DNA from: PVC group bacterium
Lineage (GTDB): Bacteria > GCA-001730085 > JADFSZ01
Direction: 5' to 3'
Assembly (NCBI GenBank): GCA_022560555.1
Contig: JADFSZ010000076.1
Coordinates: forward strand, 1 to 8,283
DNA: 8,283 bases
A program made the translations under genes and the position numbers. Below, one piece after another: positions 1 through 6,407 of the stretch. Below the pieces are notes generated by a model, which was not told where the DNA came from, searched no databases, and worked only from the letters and a program-made list of their open reading frames with translations. The first letter of the stretch is position 1. The number at the start of each line of letters is the position of its first letter.

Positions 1-136
1 CCATTCCTTCATGCGATTCTGTACCGGCCTGAAGAATTATAAGAAACTTTTGATGGCTATCATCGCTTTCAAGTAAACCTGGCAAGAATATGCCTGCGGT
101 AAAGATCACAACTAAAATACATATCCATTTTTTCAT
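1..136 (-). CDS. Partial CDS (first 45 codons, continues past window start): signal-peptide or membrane-anchored protein of unknown function
   Basis: Minus-strand ATG at 136-134 is preceded by AAGGAAG (149-143) with a 6-nt spacer. Translation is MKKWICILVVIFTAGIFLPGLLESDDSHQKFLIILQAGTESHEGM, with a basic N-terminus and hydrophobic core typical of a signal peptide. The frame stays open to the window edge. The ILQAGTESHEG stretch vaguely recalls DsrE-like proteins, but 45 aa is too little to call. Confidence 0.5.
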   Translation of the reverse strand, partial: MKKWICILVVIFTAGIFLPGLLESDDSHQKFLIILQAGTESHEGM

Positions 137-180
137 AATACACTTCCTTTATTGATGTTTAGTATTTGATTTTGATATCT

Positions 181-203
181 ATTTACGATTTACCATTTAC
201 TAT
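181..203 (+). repeat. Tandem heptamer array ATTTACG ATTTACC ATTTACT AT, truncated by the IS insertion
   Basis: Read directly: 181-187 ATTTACG, 188-194 ATTTACC, 195-201 ATTTACT, 202-203 AT. The array continues in register at 940-946 once the IS and one TSD copy are removed. Confidence 0.85.
197..203. repeat. Target-site duplication, left copy (TTACTAT)
   Basis: TTACTAT lies immediately outside the left IR and is identical to 933-939 immediately outside the right IR. The exact TSD length (7 vs 8 bp) is ambiguous because the target is itself a tandem repeat. Confidence 0.6.
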
Positions 204-219
204 GGCTCTAGACTAGCAA
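204..219. repeat. IS terminal inverted repeat (transposase-distal end)
   Basis: GGCTCTAGACTAGCAA is the exact reverse complement of 917-932. Confidence 0.9.
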
Positions 220-230
220 AACTGTAGGAA

Positions 231-890
231 TCAGTATCTTTTTTGGTATATCAGAGCCTCAAGTTCTTTGACTAAAGTAACATGTTTTTTATTCCAACGC
301 CATTCACATTCTTTGAGATGGAGATGGAAGTTATGTTTATAACCATTAAACTTGCTTAACCGACGTTTAGTGAAGCTCCAGAAGGCTTCAATACCGTTAA
401 TGCAAGCGCGTTTGTAACGAAATCTTTTTCCATGGTTAACACGATAATGTTTATCGTAACCAACGTCAACTAAACCATCGTAACCGCTCCATTGATCTGT
501 ATGTAAAATGCTCTTTGGATTGATTTTACCGACGATAATAGCTCGCAATGTCTTTCTGTTACAGTTGGGCACGATTTCGGTATAAACACGGCCGCCTCGT
601 TCGTAAATGCCAAAGACTGGCTGGCGATGTGTGCCGCGTCCACGTTTAGTAGGGATGCCCCGGGCTCTACGTGGACCAAAATAACTTTCATCGGCTTCAA
701 CTGTTCCGAGAATATGATTAAATTCTCGGGTTTGATAATCAAAGATCGTTTGACGAAAGATGTTATAGTAACGGTTAACTGTATTGCGATTGAGGCGTAC
801 TAAATACGCTGTTTTAGTGGCCTCAATATCAATGCAAAAGTACTCAATAATTTTTTTGATCTTATATCTTGATAACTTATTTTGTATCAT
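231..890 (-). CDS. IS1595-family (ISXO2-like DDE) transposase, 219 aa
   Basis: The ORF is intact. Motifs EADESYFG, RGRGTHRQPVFG, HTDQWSGYDG and NGIEAFWSFTKRRL are typical of the DDE_Tnp_IS1595 / ISXO2-like domain (D, D, E..K). Confidence 0.9.
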   Translation of the reverse strand: MIQNKLSRYKIKKIIEYFCIDIEATKTAYLVRLNRNTVNRYYNIFRQTIFDYQTREFNHILGTVEADESYFGPRRARGIPTKRGRGTHRQPVFGIYERGGRVYTEIVPNCNRKTLRAIIVGKINPKSILHTDQWSGYDGLVDVGYDKHYRVNHGKRFRYKRACINGIEAFWSFTKRRLSKFNGYKHNFHLHLKECEWRWNKKHVTLVKELEALIYQKRY

Positions 891-916
891 TGGCTTCTAG
901 CCTAACATGCTACGTC

Positions 917-932
917 TTGCTAGTCTAGAGCC
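917..932. repeat. IS terminal inverted repeat (transposase-proximal end)
   Basis: TTGCTAGTCTAGAGCC is the exact reverse complement of 204-219. Confidence 0.9.
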
Positions 933-946
933 TTACTATTTACTAT
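933..946 (+). repeat. Right TSD copy (933-939 TTACTAT) plus continuation of the heptamer array (940-946)
   Basis: TTACTAT TTACTAT is read directly. Deleting 204-939 restores ATTTACG ATTTACC ATTTACT ATTTACT ATG. Confidence 0.7.
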
Positions 947-955
947 GTGCTGCTT

Positions 956-2449
956 TTAAATGCTTTCCTTATTGTAATCATAAAGATCATGTATGCCGCC
1001 CTCCTTTTGAGAAGCCGGTGTTCGCATTTCCATTCTTAACGTCTCTTTATCAAGTCCTTGATGAACTTCAGCGAGAGAATTATATCCCAAATCCTGAAAA
1101 CCATGGCATACGCCTTTGGCCAAATAGGGAATAAAATCCCCCAGTGCCCCCCGATCAATCACACTTCCGGAAACCCCTTGCGCAACACGGATAGTTTCTT
1201 GATCAGCCAAATACCGTTTGGCCCCTCCGGATTTCATGGCGTCTTTCGATGCCATCCCGCGGTATCGCTTTAATCTCAAACCCGTCTTATAGTAGTATTC
1301 ACCCGGCGATTCTTCGGTTCCGGCCAGAAGCATCCCCATCATGACAGCGGAAGCTCCTAGTGCGAGAGCTTTGACGATATGGGACATACTGGCTATTCCT
1401 CCATCCGCTATGACGGGAACACCATGTTTCCGGGCTATGGACGCTGTCCTATAAACGGCTGTGGCCTGAGCCCGCCCCACAGCCATGGTCTCTTGAGTCG
1501 TACATATCGATCCCGGGCCCATTCCTATCCTTAATCCGTCAACACCCTTTTTGATGAGATTTTCGGCCTGATTCATCGTAACAACGTACCCCCCGATGAT
1601 ATCAACAGAATCCTTGTGTTTGTTTTTGATATAATCGATCATCTCATAGGCAAAAAGCGAGTCCCCTTGAGCCGCATCCACAACCAAAACATCCGCTCCG
1701 GCCTCGACAAGCGCGTCCACTCGCTCGTGATCACTTTCGCGGGTTGAGATGGCAGCTCCCACGATCAGTTGTTTGTTCTTATTTTTAGAGGCAAGAGGGT
1801 ACGAACGGTTAAGCAAAAGGTCATGCCGTGACACCAGGGCAACGAGATTATAATCTCTGTCAACAATAGGAAGTTTCCCTTTTTTAGACGTTCGTAATAG
1901 GTCATTCGCTTCTTCCAGGCTAAGTCCTTTTTGACCCACTATGAGATTTTCGCTCATCACTTCTTTAAGCGGACGATTTCGATTCGGCTCAAAATCAATG
2001 TCCCTATTTGTCACGATCCCCAGCAGCTTTTGACCCACTTCACCTTTTTCGGTAATGGGAACCCCCGAAAAGTGGTATTTAAGCTTAATCTTCTCTATAT
2101 CGCTAATAGTATGATCCGGGGAAAGCACAACCGGATCCGTAATAAAACCGTTTTCGAACCGCTTGACTTGTTTAAGCATTTCCACTTGACGCTCAAGTGT
2201 ATTGTTAAAATGAAGAATGCCGATCCCTCCCAAAAGAGCCATGTAAATGGCCATCTTCTCTTCCGTAACAGTATCCATAGGGGATGAGCAAAACGGGAGG
2301 GATAAAGCAATATTACGGGTCAGCTGTGTTTTTAGACTAACGTTATCAACAGCAAAGTGAATATGTCCGGGCAGAAAAATCAGGTCATCGTAGGTATAAC
2401 TATGATGTCCGGAAAAAAACTCTTGTGCACCACATCCGTCCTGCTTCAT
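956..2449 (-). CDS. guaB: Inosine-5'-monophosphate dehydrogenase, eukaryote-like type with CBS/Bateman insert, 497 aa
   Basis: The protein aligns end to end with IMPDH. Matching stretches include SSPMDTVTE, the CBS pair region (FITDPVVLSP ... KGKLPIV), the catalytic loop GMGPGSICTTQE, VIADGG, YRGM and VAQGVSG. The start is set at the ATG at 2449 (MKQDGCGAQEFF...). That start has GAGGAG (2461-2456) 6 nt upstream and a TTGTCC-17-TATAAT promoter lying inside the longer ORF extension. Confidence 0.93.
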   Translation of the reverse strand: MKQDGCGAQEFFSGHHSYTYDDLIFLPGHIHFAVDNVSLKTQLTRNIALSLPFCSSPMDTVTEEKMAIYMALLGGIGILHFNNTLERQVEMLKQVKRFENGFITDPVVLSPDHTISDIEKIKLKYHFSGVPITEKGEVGQKLLGIVTNRDIDFEPNRNRPLKEVMSENLIVGQKGLSLEEANDLLRTSKKGKLPIVDRDYNLVALVSRHDLLLNRSYPLASKNKNKQLIVGAAISTRESDHERVDALVEAGADVLVVDAAQGDSLFAYEMIDYIKNKHKDSVDIIGGYVVTMNQAENLIKKGVDGLRIGMGPGSICTTQETMAVGRAQATAVYRTASIARKHGVPVIADGGIASMSHIVKALALGASAVMMGMLLAGTEESPGEYYYKTGLRLKRYRGMASKDAMKSGGAKRYLADQETIRVAQGVSGSVIDRGALGDFIPYLAKGVCHGFQDLGYNSLAEVHQGLDKETLRMEMRTPASQKEGGIHDLYDYNKESI

Positions 2450-2495
2450 CAAAGACTCCTCATGCCCTCTATAGTCACACCATATAAGGTTGCGT

Positions 2496-2524
2496 ATTAT
2501 ACGGGGATTTCTATTGGTGGACAA
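2496..2524 (-). promoter_or_regulatory. Putative sigma70 promoter of guaB
   Basis: On the minus strand, TTGTCC (2524-2519), an exact 17-nt spacer, then TATAAT (2501-2496), about 47 nt upstream of the 2449 start. Confidence 0.5.
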
Positions 2525-2573
2525 GGAAATATTCACCCGGATGGTCTCATCCCTATTGGGGGCGATTTGAAGC

Positions 2574-3362
2574 TTAGGACTTGCTCAAAATCCGCTTAAG
2601 ATCAAACGTAAAACTGGGAGAAATAATTTCCAGCTCACGCACGGCATCTTTTAAGCATTTCTCATTTTGGCAGGTGTGCTTTTTCTTCCACGCGCTGTAG
2701 GCATCCAAAAACTGATCCGTTTTTTTCTCAATGACCAGTTCATGGGCATATTGTTTCAGGGAATCCAGAAACCCATCAAATTTCGTGTCACACATTTGAT
2801 CAAAGAATGAGAAAAACTCCCGTTTCATCTTGATCATGATTTCTAAATATTCTTCAAAATCCTCCGAAAGCTTATCCAAGGCATCACAAATACCTGTTTG
2901 TTTGCGGTAAACCTTATGATGGTACGTGGACGCAAGCTCATAATAAATCTTCCCACGACCCTGAAAAGCCCGGTATTTTTGGGGATTCGAAACACGGCCC
3001 CTCTTGTCACGCAAATGAAAGATGTCAAACATAGAAAGAGACATGATAATATTATCGGCATTTGTTTTGTAAATAAGATATTTCACAAAATTATCGCGAC
3101 AATTTTCAATCTTTGTCACTAATTCCGCGTCCGTCATAAAAATATATTTTATGTTTCTTTCCTGCGCTTTAGGGTCCGTCAATGACAAAAGGAGGCTCGC
3201 GATATAGACATCCACATCATCTCGAAATTTTTGATCATCGGATTTGCCGCAGGCGATACGGGATTTGAGGAGGATACTGACAATATAACCAAAAGCAAGT
3301 TCTCTTTCTTGCTTGGTCAAATCATACACCTTGACCTGTGTTATGTGGGAAGCGCTCATCAT
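2574..3362 (-). CDS. Hypothetical protein, 262 aa, no domain I can recognise
   Basis: Long clean ORF on the same strand as its neighbours. AAAGG lies just upstream of a tandem ATGATG start. Composition looks helical and soluble, with no signal peptide or TM segment evident. Confidence 0.7.
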   Translation of the reverse strand: MMSASHITQVKVYDLTKQERELAFGYIVSILLKSRIACGKSDDQKFRDDVDVYIASLLLSLTDPKAQERNIKYIFMTDAELVTKIENCRDNFVKYLIYKTNADNIIMSLSMFDIFHLRDKRGRVSNPQKYRAFQGRGKIYYELASTYHHKVYRKQTGICDALDKLSEDFEEYLEIMIKMKREFFSFFDQMCDTKFDGFLDSLKQYAHELVIEKKTDQFLDAYSAWKKKHTCQNEKCLKDAVRELEIISPSFTFDLKRILSKS

Positions 3363-3436
3363 AAGCCTTTACATGAAAAATGATTAATAAAGCTCACTTA
3401 CGATATGCCACATTTTCAATGATTATGTCAACATGT

Positions 3437-3465
3437 ATTATATATTATAAAACGTAGCTAGGCAA
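3437..3465 (-). promoter_or_regulatory. Putative sigma70 promoter for the 262-aa ORF
   Basis: On the minus strand, TTGCCT (3465-3460), a 17-nt spacer, then TATAAT (3442-3437). A second TATAAT at 3449-3444 and a TTGACA at 3431-3426 make the exact choice ambiguous. Confidence 0.4.
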
Positions 3466-3499
3466 GAAATAAAACGAAAGACATTGGAAACGTTTTCCT

Positions 3500-4042
3500 T
3501 TATGTCCCGGAAGACCGCAGTTGTTTACAATAAATCCGGCGTATCTCGAAAAAAAATTTGTGGTAATGAGGCTCGGTAAAATCCGGATATGTCCATGGTA
3601 AAGTTTCAAATTTCTTATTCTGATAAAGCAAAGTGACCTCTCCGTAGATATTATCGCCGAGATAAATACGATGGCTATAATCTTTTGTGGAGGCAAGAAC
3701 AATTTTTGACAGTGTCAAATATCCCGGATCAATGTTAAAGCGACGCGAAAAATTTTCGCCCCTGTCCGCAAAATCCTTCTCGATCCTATTTGAGTACTGC
3801 TTTGTTTGAGCTAATTTGTCCGGATAAATTAGTTTCTCAAAACTAAAAAACACTTTCGAGAGCGATGGGCCCATCTCATGCTCATAATAGTCCGTTTGAG
3901 TAAAAGAAAAAACCGGGCTTTCCAAATCAATACCCCCCCATTTATTTATCAGTTTGTCTTTAAGCCCGCACAAATCGTTCCCGGGGCTGAAAATAATTCC
4001 GGTGAAAAATTTGACGGCTTGCGGCGCGCTCGGAATGCCCAT
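3500..4042 (-). CDS. DUF4416 family protein, 180 aa
   Basis: The sequence matches my memory of the DUF4416 consensus: VKFFTGIIF, GxIDLESPVFxFxxTDYYExEMG, NIDPGYLTLSKIVLASTKDYSHRIYLGDxIYxEVTL, WTYPDF. The start is set at the ATG at 4042 (MGIPSAPQAVKFF). The 19-codon upstream extension is hydrophobic junk that runs almost to the tRNA. Confidence 0.8.
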   Translation of the reverse strand: MGIPSAPQAVKFFTGIIFSPGNDLCGLKDKLINKWGGIDLESPVFSFTQTDYYEHEMGPSLSKVFFSFEKLIYPDKLAQTKQYSNRIEKDFADRGENFSRRFNIDPGYLTLSKIVLASTKDYSHRIYLGDNIYGEVTLLYQNKKFETLPWTYPDFTEPHYHKFFFEIRRIYCKQLRSSGT

Positions 4043-4116
4043 GATTAAAATAATGATTGAAGATGAATGAATAAAACTAAAAGTCAATGTGTAATTCAAT
4101 CAACGGTTTTATAAAA

Positions 4117-4190
<74 letters not shown>

Positions 4191-4252
4191 ATTCCAATAA
4201 ATAATGACAAATGAAACATATTCATTTTTCCTTATTCATTGAATTGTGGCCG

Positions 4253-4281
4253 ATTATAGACTCGGCCCCATGGGATGTCAA
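4253..4281 (-). promoter_or_regulatory. Consensus sigma70 promoter driving tRNA-Val
   Basis: On the minus strand, TTGACA (4281-4276), an exact 17-nt spacer, then TATAAT (4258-4253). Both hexamers are perfect. The predicted TSS is roughly 55 nt upstream of the mature tRNA 5' end. Confidence 0.7.
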
Positions 4282-4709
4282 CACAATGAGAGGCGTCACG
4301 AAGACAAAGCAAATAAAACAATGTTCTTGAATCCCCTCTTTGGGCGCCTTCAAAGAACCCTATTTATGTTTTGGATCAACTCCTCCGGGGATCAGAAAAA
4401 GGGTTTCAGCACCCCGGCATATCTTGGTTTGTTCACCTTTTATTTTTTGCGGGATACATCCCCCTTTCACAGGCGGGGGCCTAGAGCCCTACGGGGCAAC
4501 GTTGATCAATAAAAAAATTTCTCTTCTCGTACTTGAAGTTATCGCCAAAGATCAGAACCATAAAATAGCGATAAAGGTTAACCGCATCATGACAAACATA
4601 GTCCGAACAAGCATCCGTGTCGACACATTCGGCAATCCTGAAAATGGCCGCTTGATTCAAGAAAATATATCCCGCTATGTATACAGCGCATAAATCCCGG
4701 TTTTAAATA

Positions 4710-4717
4710 CCCCCCCC
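4710..4717. repeat. Homopolymeric C8 (G8 on minus) tract
   Basis: Eight consecutive C, read directly. The tract lies in non-coding DNA 87 nt upstream of the TPR gene ATG and 17 nt upstream of a perfect TATAAT (4734-4739). Confidence 0.9.
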
Positions 4718-4803
4718 TTTCCTGAATATAGTATATAATCCTGACAAGTTGACATTTTTCGTAAATATTCGTCAATAGCAGCCCCAGGAGTACATCGAGT
4801 CCC

Positions 4804-6318
4804 ATGGCAGCATCCGAAGAAAATAAAGTCAAAGAAAATATGGTCTCGGAACTTTACGAAAAGGCTAAGGCGGCGTTTGAGCTGGAGAATTACGGCTATT
4901 CGATCGCTCTTTTTCGTAATGTCCTTTCGATTTATCCGGACTTTACAAAGGCGCGTCATATGTATCATTTAGCGATTATCCACCTCCAGGAATTTAGGAA
5001 GAATGTTCTTATTCATAATATCAAATCCGCTCTGCCATTCATCTTTTTTATTCTTAAAGGAAAGATTCTTTGTCTGATGAACGAAGAAATAAAATCTATT
5101 CATGAATTCGAAAGAGCTTTCGAACTTTTCCCCAGCGCTAAATGGATTCTATTCCTATCAGCGCAACTTGCCGAAAAAAATGAATTAGAAGACACAGCTA
5201 TTACGATTTACGATGAATTATCGGGCTTTAATTTTAAGACTTTTGAGTGTTACAAAATGATGGGGTTGATATTCCTTAAACGAAAAAATTTCGCCATGGC
5301 CCAGAAAAGTTTAAATAGCGCCATACTGCTAGAACCTCAGGACAAAGATGTTCTTCGAGCTATGAAGGATTTAGCGGCTCTCGGAACCATCGAATACGGC
5401 GGGTGGGAAAGTCAGGGCGATTTTACGGATAAAGTTAAGGACAAAGAACTCGCCGAAAAACTCAAAAAAGTTCAGTCGACGATTGGGAAGCAAACCACCG
5501 AGGACTTGAAGATAAAAGATTCAGATTTGGACAAAGAGCTTCAAGAGATGCTGCACCGGCTTAAAAATCAGCCCAATGACGCGCTAGCCATTCAGAAAGT
5601 CCGAAGCCTAACTCTTCCCCATGAGAAACTTTTATACGTGATTTCAACTTACGAATCCCTGATATCAAAAATTGAACCTACAGACGCCATGTATCGATTT
5701 TTAGCCGACATGAGCGGGAAAGCCGGACTTTGGCAAAAAGCCGAGTCCTTATATGACAAAGCTTATGAACTAACACAAGATCTAAACATTTTGGTTCTAA
5801 AACTTGAAAGCAGGATCCGTTTTATTCAGATGCAGCTTCAGGGCGGCTCCGACACGGGCAATGAAAACACATTATCAAAATCCGAACTAGAATCACTCGA
5901 ACAAGACACAAGCATCGAACTGATTCAAAAAAAAATGGAGCTGCATCCCAATGATACGGATCTGTATTTTCAACTTGGACAACTCTTTCTCAAAAAGGAC
6001 CTCCAAGATCAGGCTATCACTCAGTTTCAAAAATCTCTTGAAAGTCCCAAACTCCGGACTCAATCTCTTATGGCCCTTGGTCTTTGCTTCAAAAAGAAGC
6101 AGCTGTATGACCTTTCCAGAGAACAATTCGAAAAAGCCCTGGGACAGCTGACAACCATGGACACCACCAAAAAACACGTGCTGTATATGATTGGAGATAT
6201 CTCATTGAGAATGAATGATTTAGATAGAGCAAAATCCTATTTCAAGCAAATTTACGAGGTAGATATCTCCTACAAGGACGTCGCCATCAAGCTGGAGATG
6301 TTATACAAAAACAGCTAA
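4804..6318 (+). CDS. Tetratricopeptide-repeat (TPR) protein, 504 aa
   Basis: Long clean ORF with AGGAG (4786-4790) 13 nt upstream of the ATG. Several segments have the TPR pattern, e.g. YEKAKAAFELENYGYSIALFRNVLSIYPDFTKA, ECYKMMGLIFLKRKNFAMAQKSLNSAILLEP, LYFQLGQLFLKKDLQDQAITQFQKSLE and LYMIGDISLRMNDLDRAKSYFKQIYEVD. Confidence 0.85.
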   Translation: MAASEENKVKENMVSELYEKAKAAFELENYGYSIALFRNVLSIYPDFTKARHMYHLAIIHLQEFRKNVLIHNIKSALPFIFFILKGKILCLMNEEIKSIHEFERAFELFPSAKWILFLSAQLAEKNELEDTAITIYDELSGFNFKTFECYKMMGLIFLKRKNFAMAQKSLNSAILLEPQDKDVLRAMKDLAALGTIEYGGWESQGDFTDKVKDKELAEKLKKVQSTIGKQTTEDLKIKDSDLDKELQEMLHRLKNQPNDALAIQKVRSLTLPHEKLLYVISTYESLISKIEPTDAMYRFLADMSGKAGLWQKAESLYDKAYELTQDLNILVLKLESRIRFIQMQLQGGSDTGNENTLSKSELESLEQDTSIELIQKKMELHPNDTDLYFQLGQLFLKKDLQDQAITQFQKSLESPKLRTQSLMALGLCFKKKQLYDLSREQFEKALGQLTTMDTTKKHVLYMIGDISLRMNDLDRAKSYFKQIYEVDISYKDVAIKLEMLYKNS

Positions 6319-6330
6319 TCTCACAAAAAA

Positions 6331-6359
6331 TTGACAAAACCCTTCATCAATGTTATATT
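6331..6359 (+). promoter_or_regulatory. Putative sigma70 promoter of rplM-rpsI
   Basis: TTGACA (6331-6336), a 17-nt spacer, then TATATT (6354-6359), with TG at 6351-6352 (extended -10 like). It lies 49 nt upstream of the rplM ATG. Confidence 0.6.
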
Positions 6360-6407
6360 GGGCGACCTTGTATCAAAATATCCTAAATTGAACTAACAGG
6401 CTTTATC

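Larger units (their letters stand above)
204..932 (-). mobile_element. Complete insertion sequence, IS1595 family (IS1016-group-like), 729 bp
   Basis: The element has perfect 16-bp terminal inverted repeats, GGCTCTAGACTAGCAA (204-219) and its reverse complement (917-932). It carries a single 219-aa DDE transposase ORF that fills the element and is flanked by direct TTACTAT copies. The small size, short transposase, GG termini and 7-9 bp duplication match my recollection of the IS1016 subgroup of IS1595. Confidence 0.85.

Noticed and set aside
470-742. 90-aa minus-strand ORF inside the transposase gene
   Set aside because: It is an alternative frame wholly nested in the well-supported transposase CDS, and its sequence has no recognisable character.
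907-1273. Plus-strand ORFs 907-1134 and 1058-1273
   Set aside because: They run antisense to the guaB 3' end, and the first starts inside the IS inverted repeat. They are shadow frames of a strongly supported gene.
1931-2599. ORFs 1931-2287 (+), 2095-2310 (-) and 2357-2599 (+)
   Set aside because: All overlap guaB in an antisense or alternate frame. They are low-complexity translations with no motifs.
2843-3122. ORFs 2843-3061 (-) and 2898-3122 (+)
   Set aside because: They are nested in or antisense to the 262-aa ORF. The longer frame is the parsimonious gene.
3486-3498. Hairpin GGAAA-ACG-TTTCC (minus strand) right after the DUF4416 stop, as an intrinsic terminator
   Set aside because: The stem is only 5 bp and mostly A/U, and the downstream T-run is interrupted. 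That is too weak to annotate as a terminator.
3445-3702. 85-aa minus-strand ORF overlapping the DUF4416 3' end
   Set aside because: It is an alternate frame of the DUF4416 CDS and extends through the candidate promoter of the next gene.
4043-4099. N-terminal extension of the DUF4416 ORF (MNYTLTFSFIHSSSIIILI)
   Set aside because: It has no counterpart in the family and approaches the tRNA gene. The family alignment begins at the internal Met (4042).
4290-4520. Identifying the GC-rich gap as tmRNA, RNase P RNA or SRP/4.5S RNA
   Set aside because: I could not find the conserved signatures on either strand. For RNase P that is GAGGAAAGTCCGGGC, for SRP the GGAAGCAGCC helix-8 motif, and for tmRNA the tRNA-like 3' end ending in a T-arm plus ACCA.
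4246-4693. Plus-strand ORFs 4246-4512 (88 aa) and 4340-4693 (117 aa) as real genes
   Set aside because: The first overlaps the consensus tRNA promoter on the opposite strand. Both have odd Pro/Gly/Cys/Arg-rich N-terminal halves derived from the GC-rich stems and match no family I recognise. Only the 3' third of the second ORF is kept as a hypothesis, in the findings.
4587-4968. Minus-strand ORFs 4587-4832 and 4675-4968
   Set aside because: They run antisense across the start of the TPR gene and its upstream region. They have no motifs, and their frames depend on the G8 tract.
5893-6177. ORFs 5893-6177 (-) and 5951-6151 (+)
   Set aside because: They are shadow or alternate frames inside the TPR gene.
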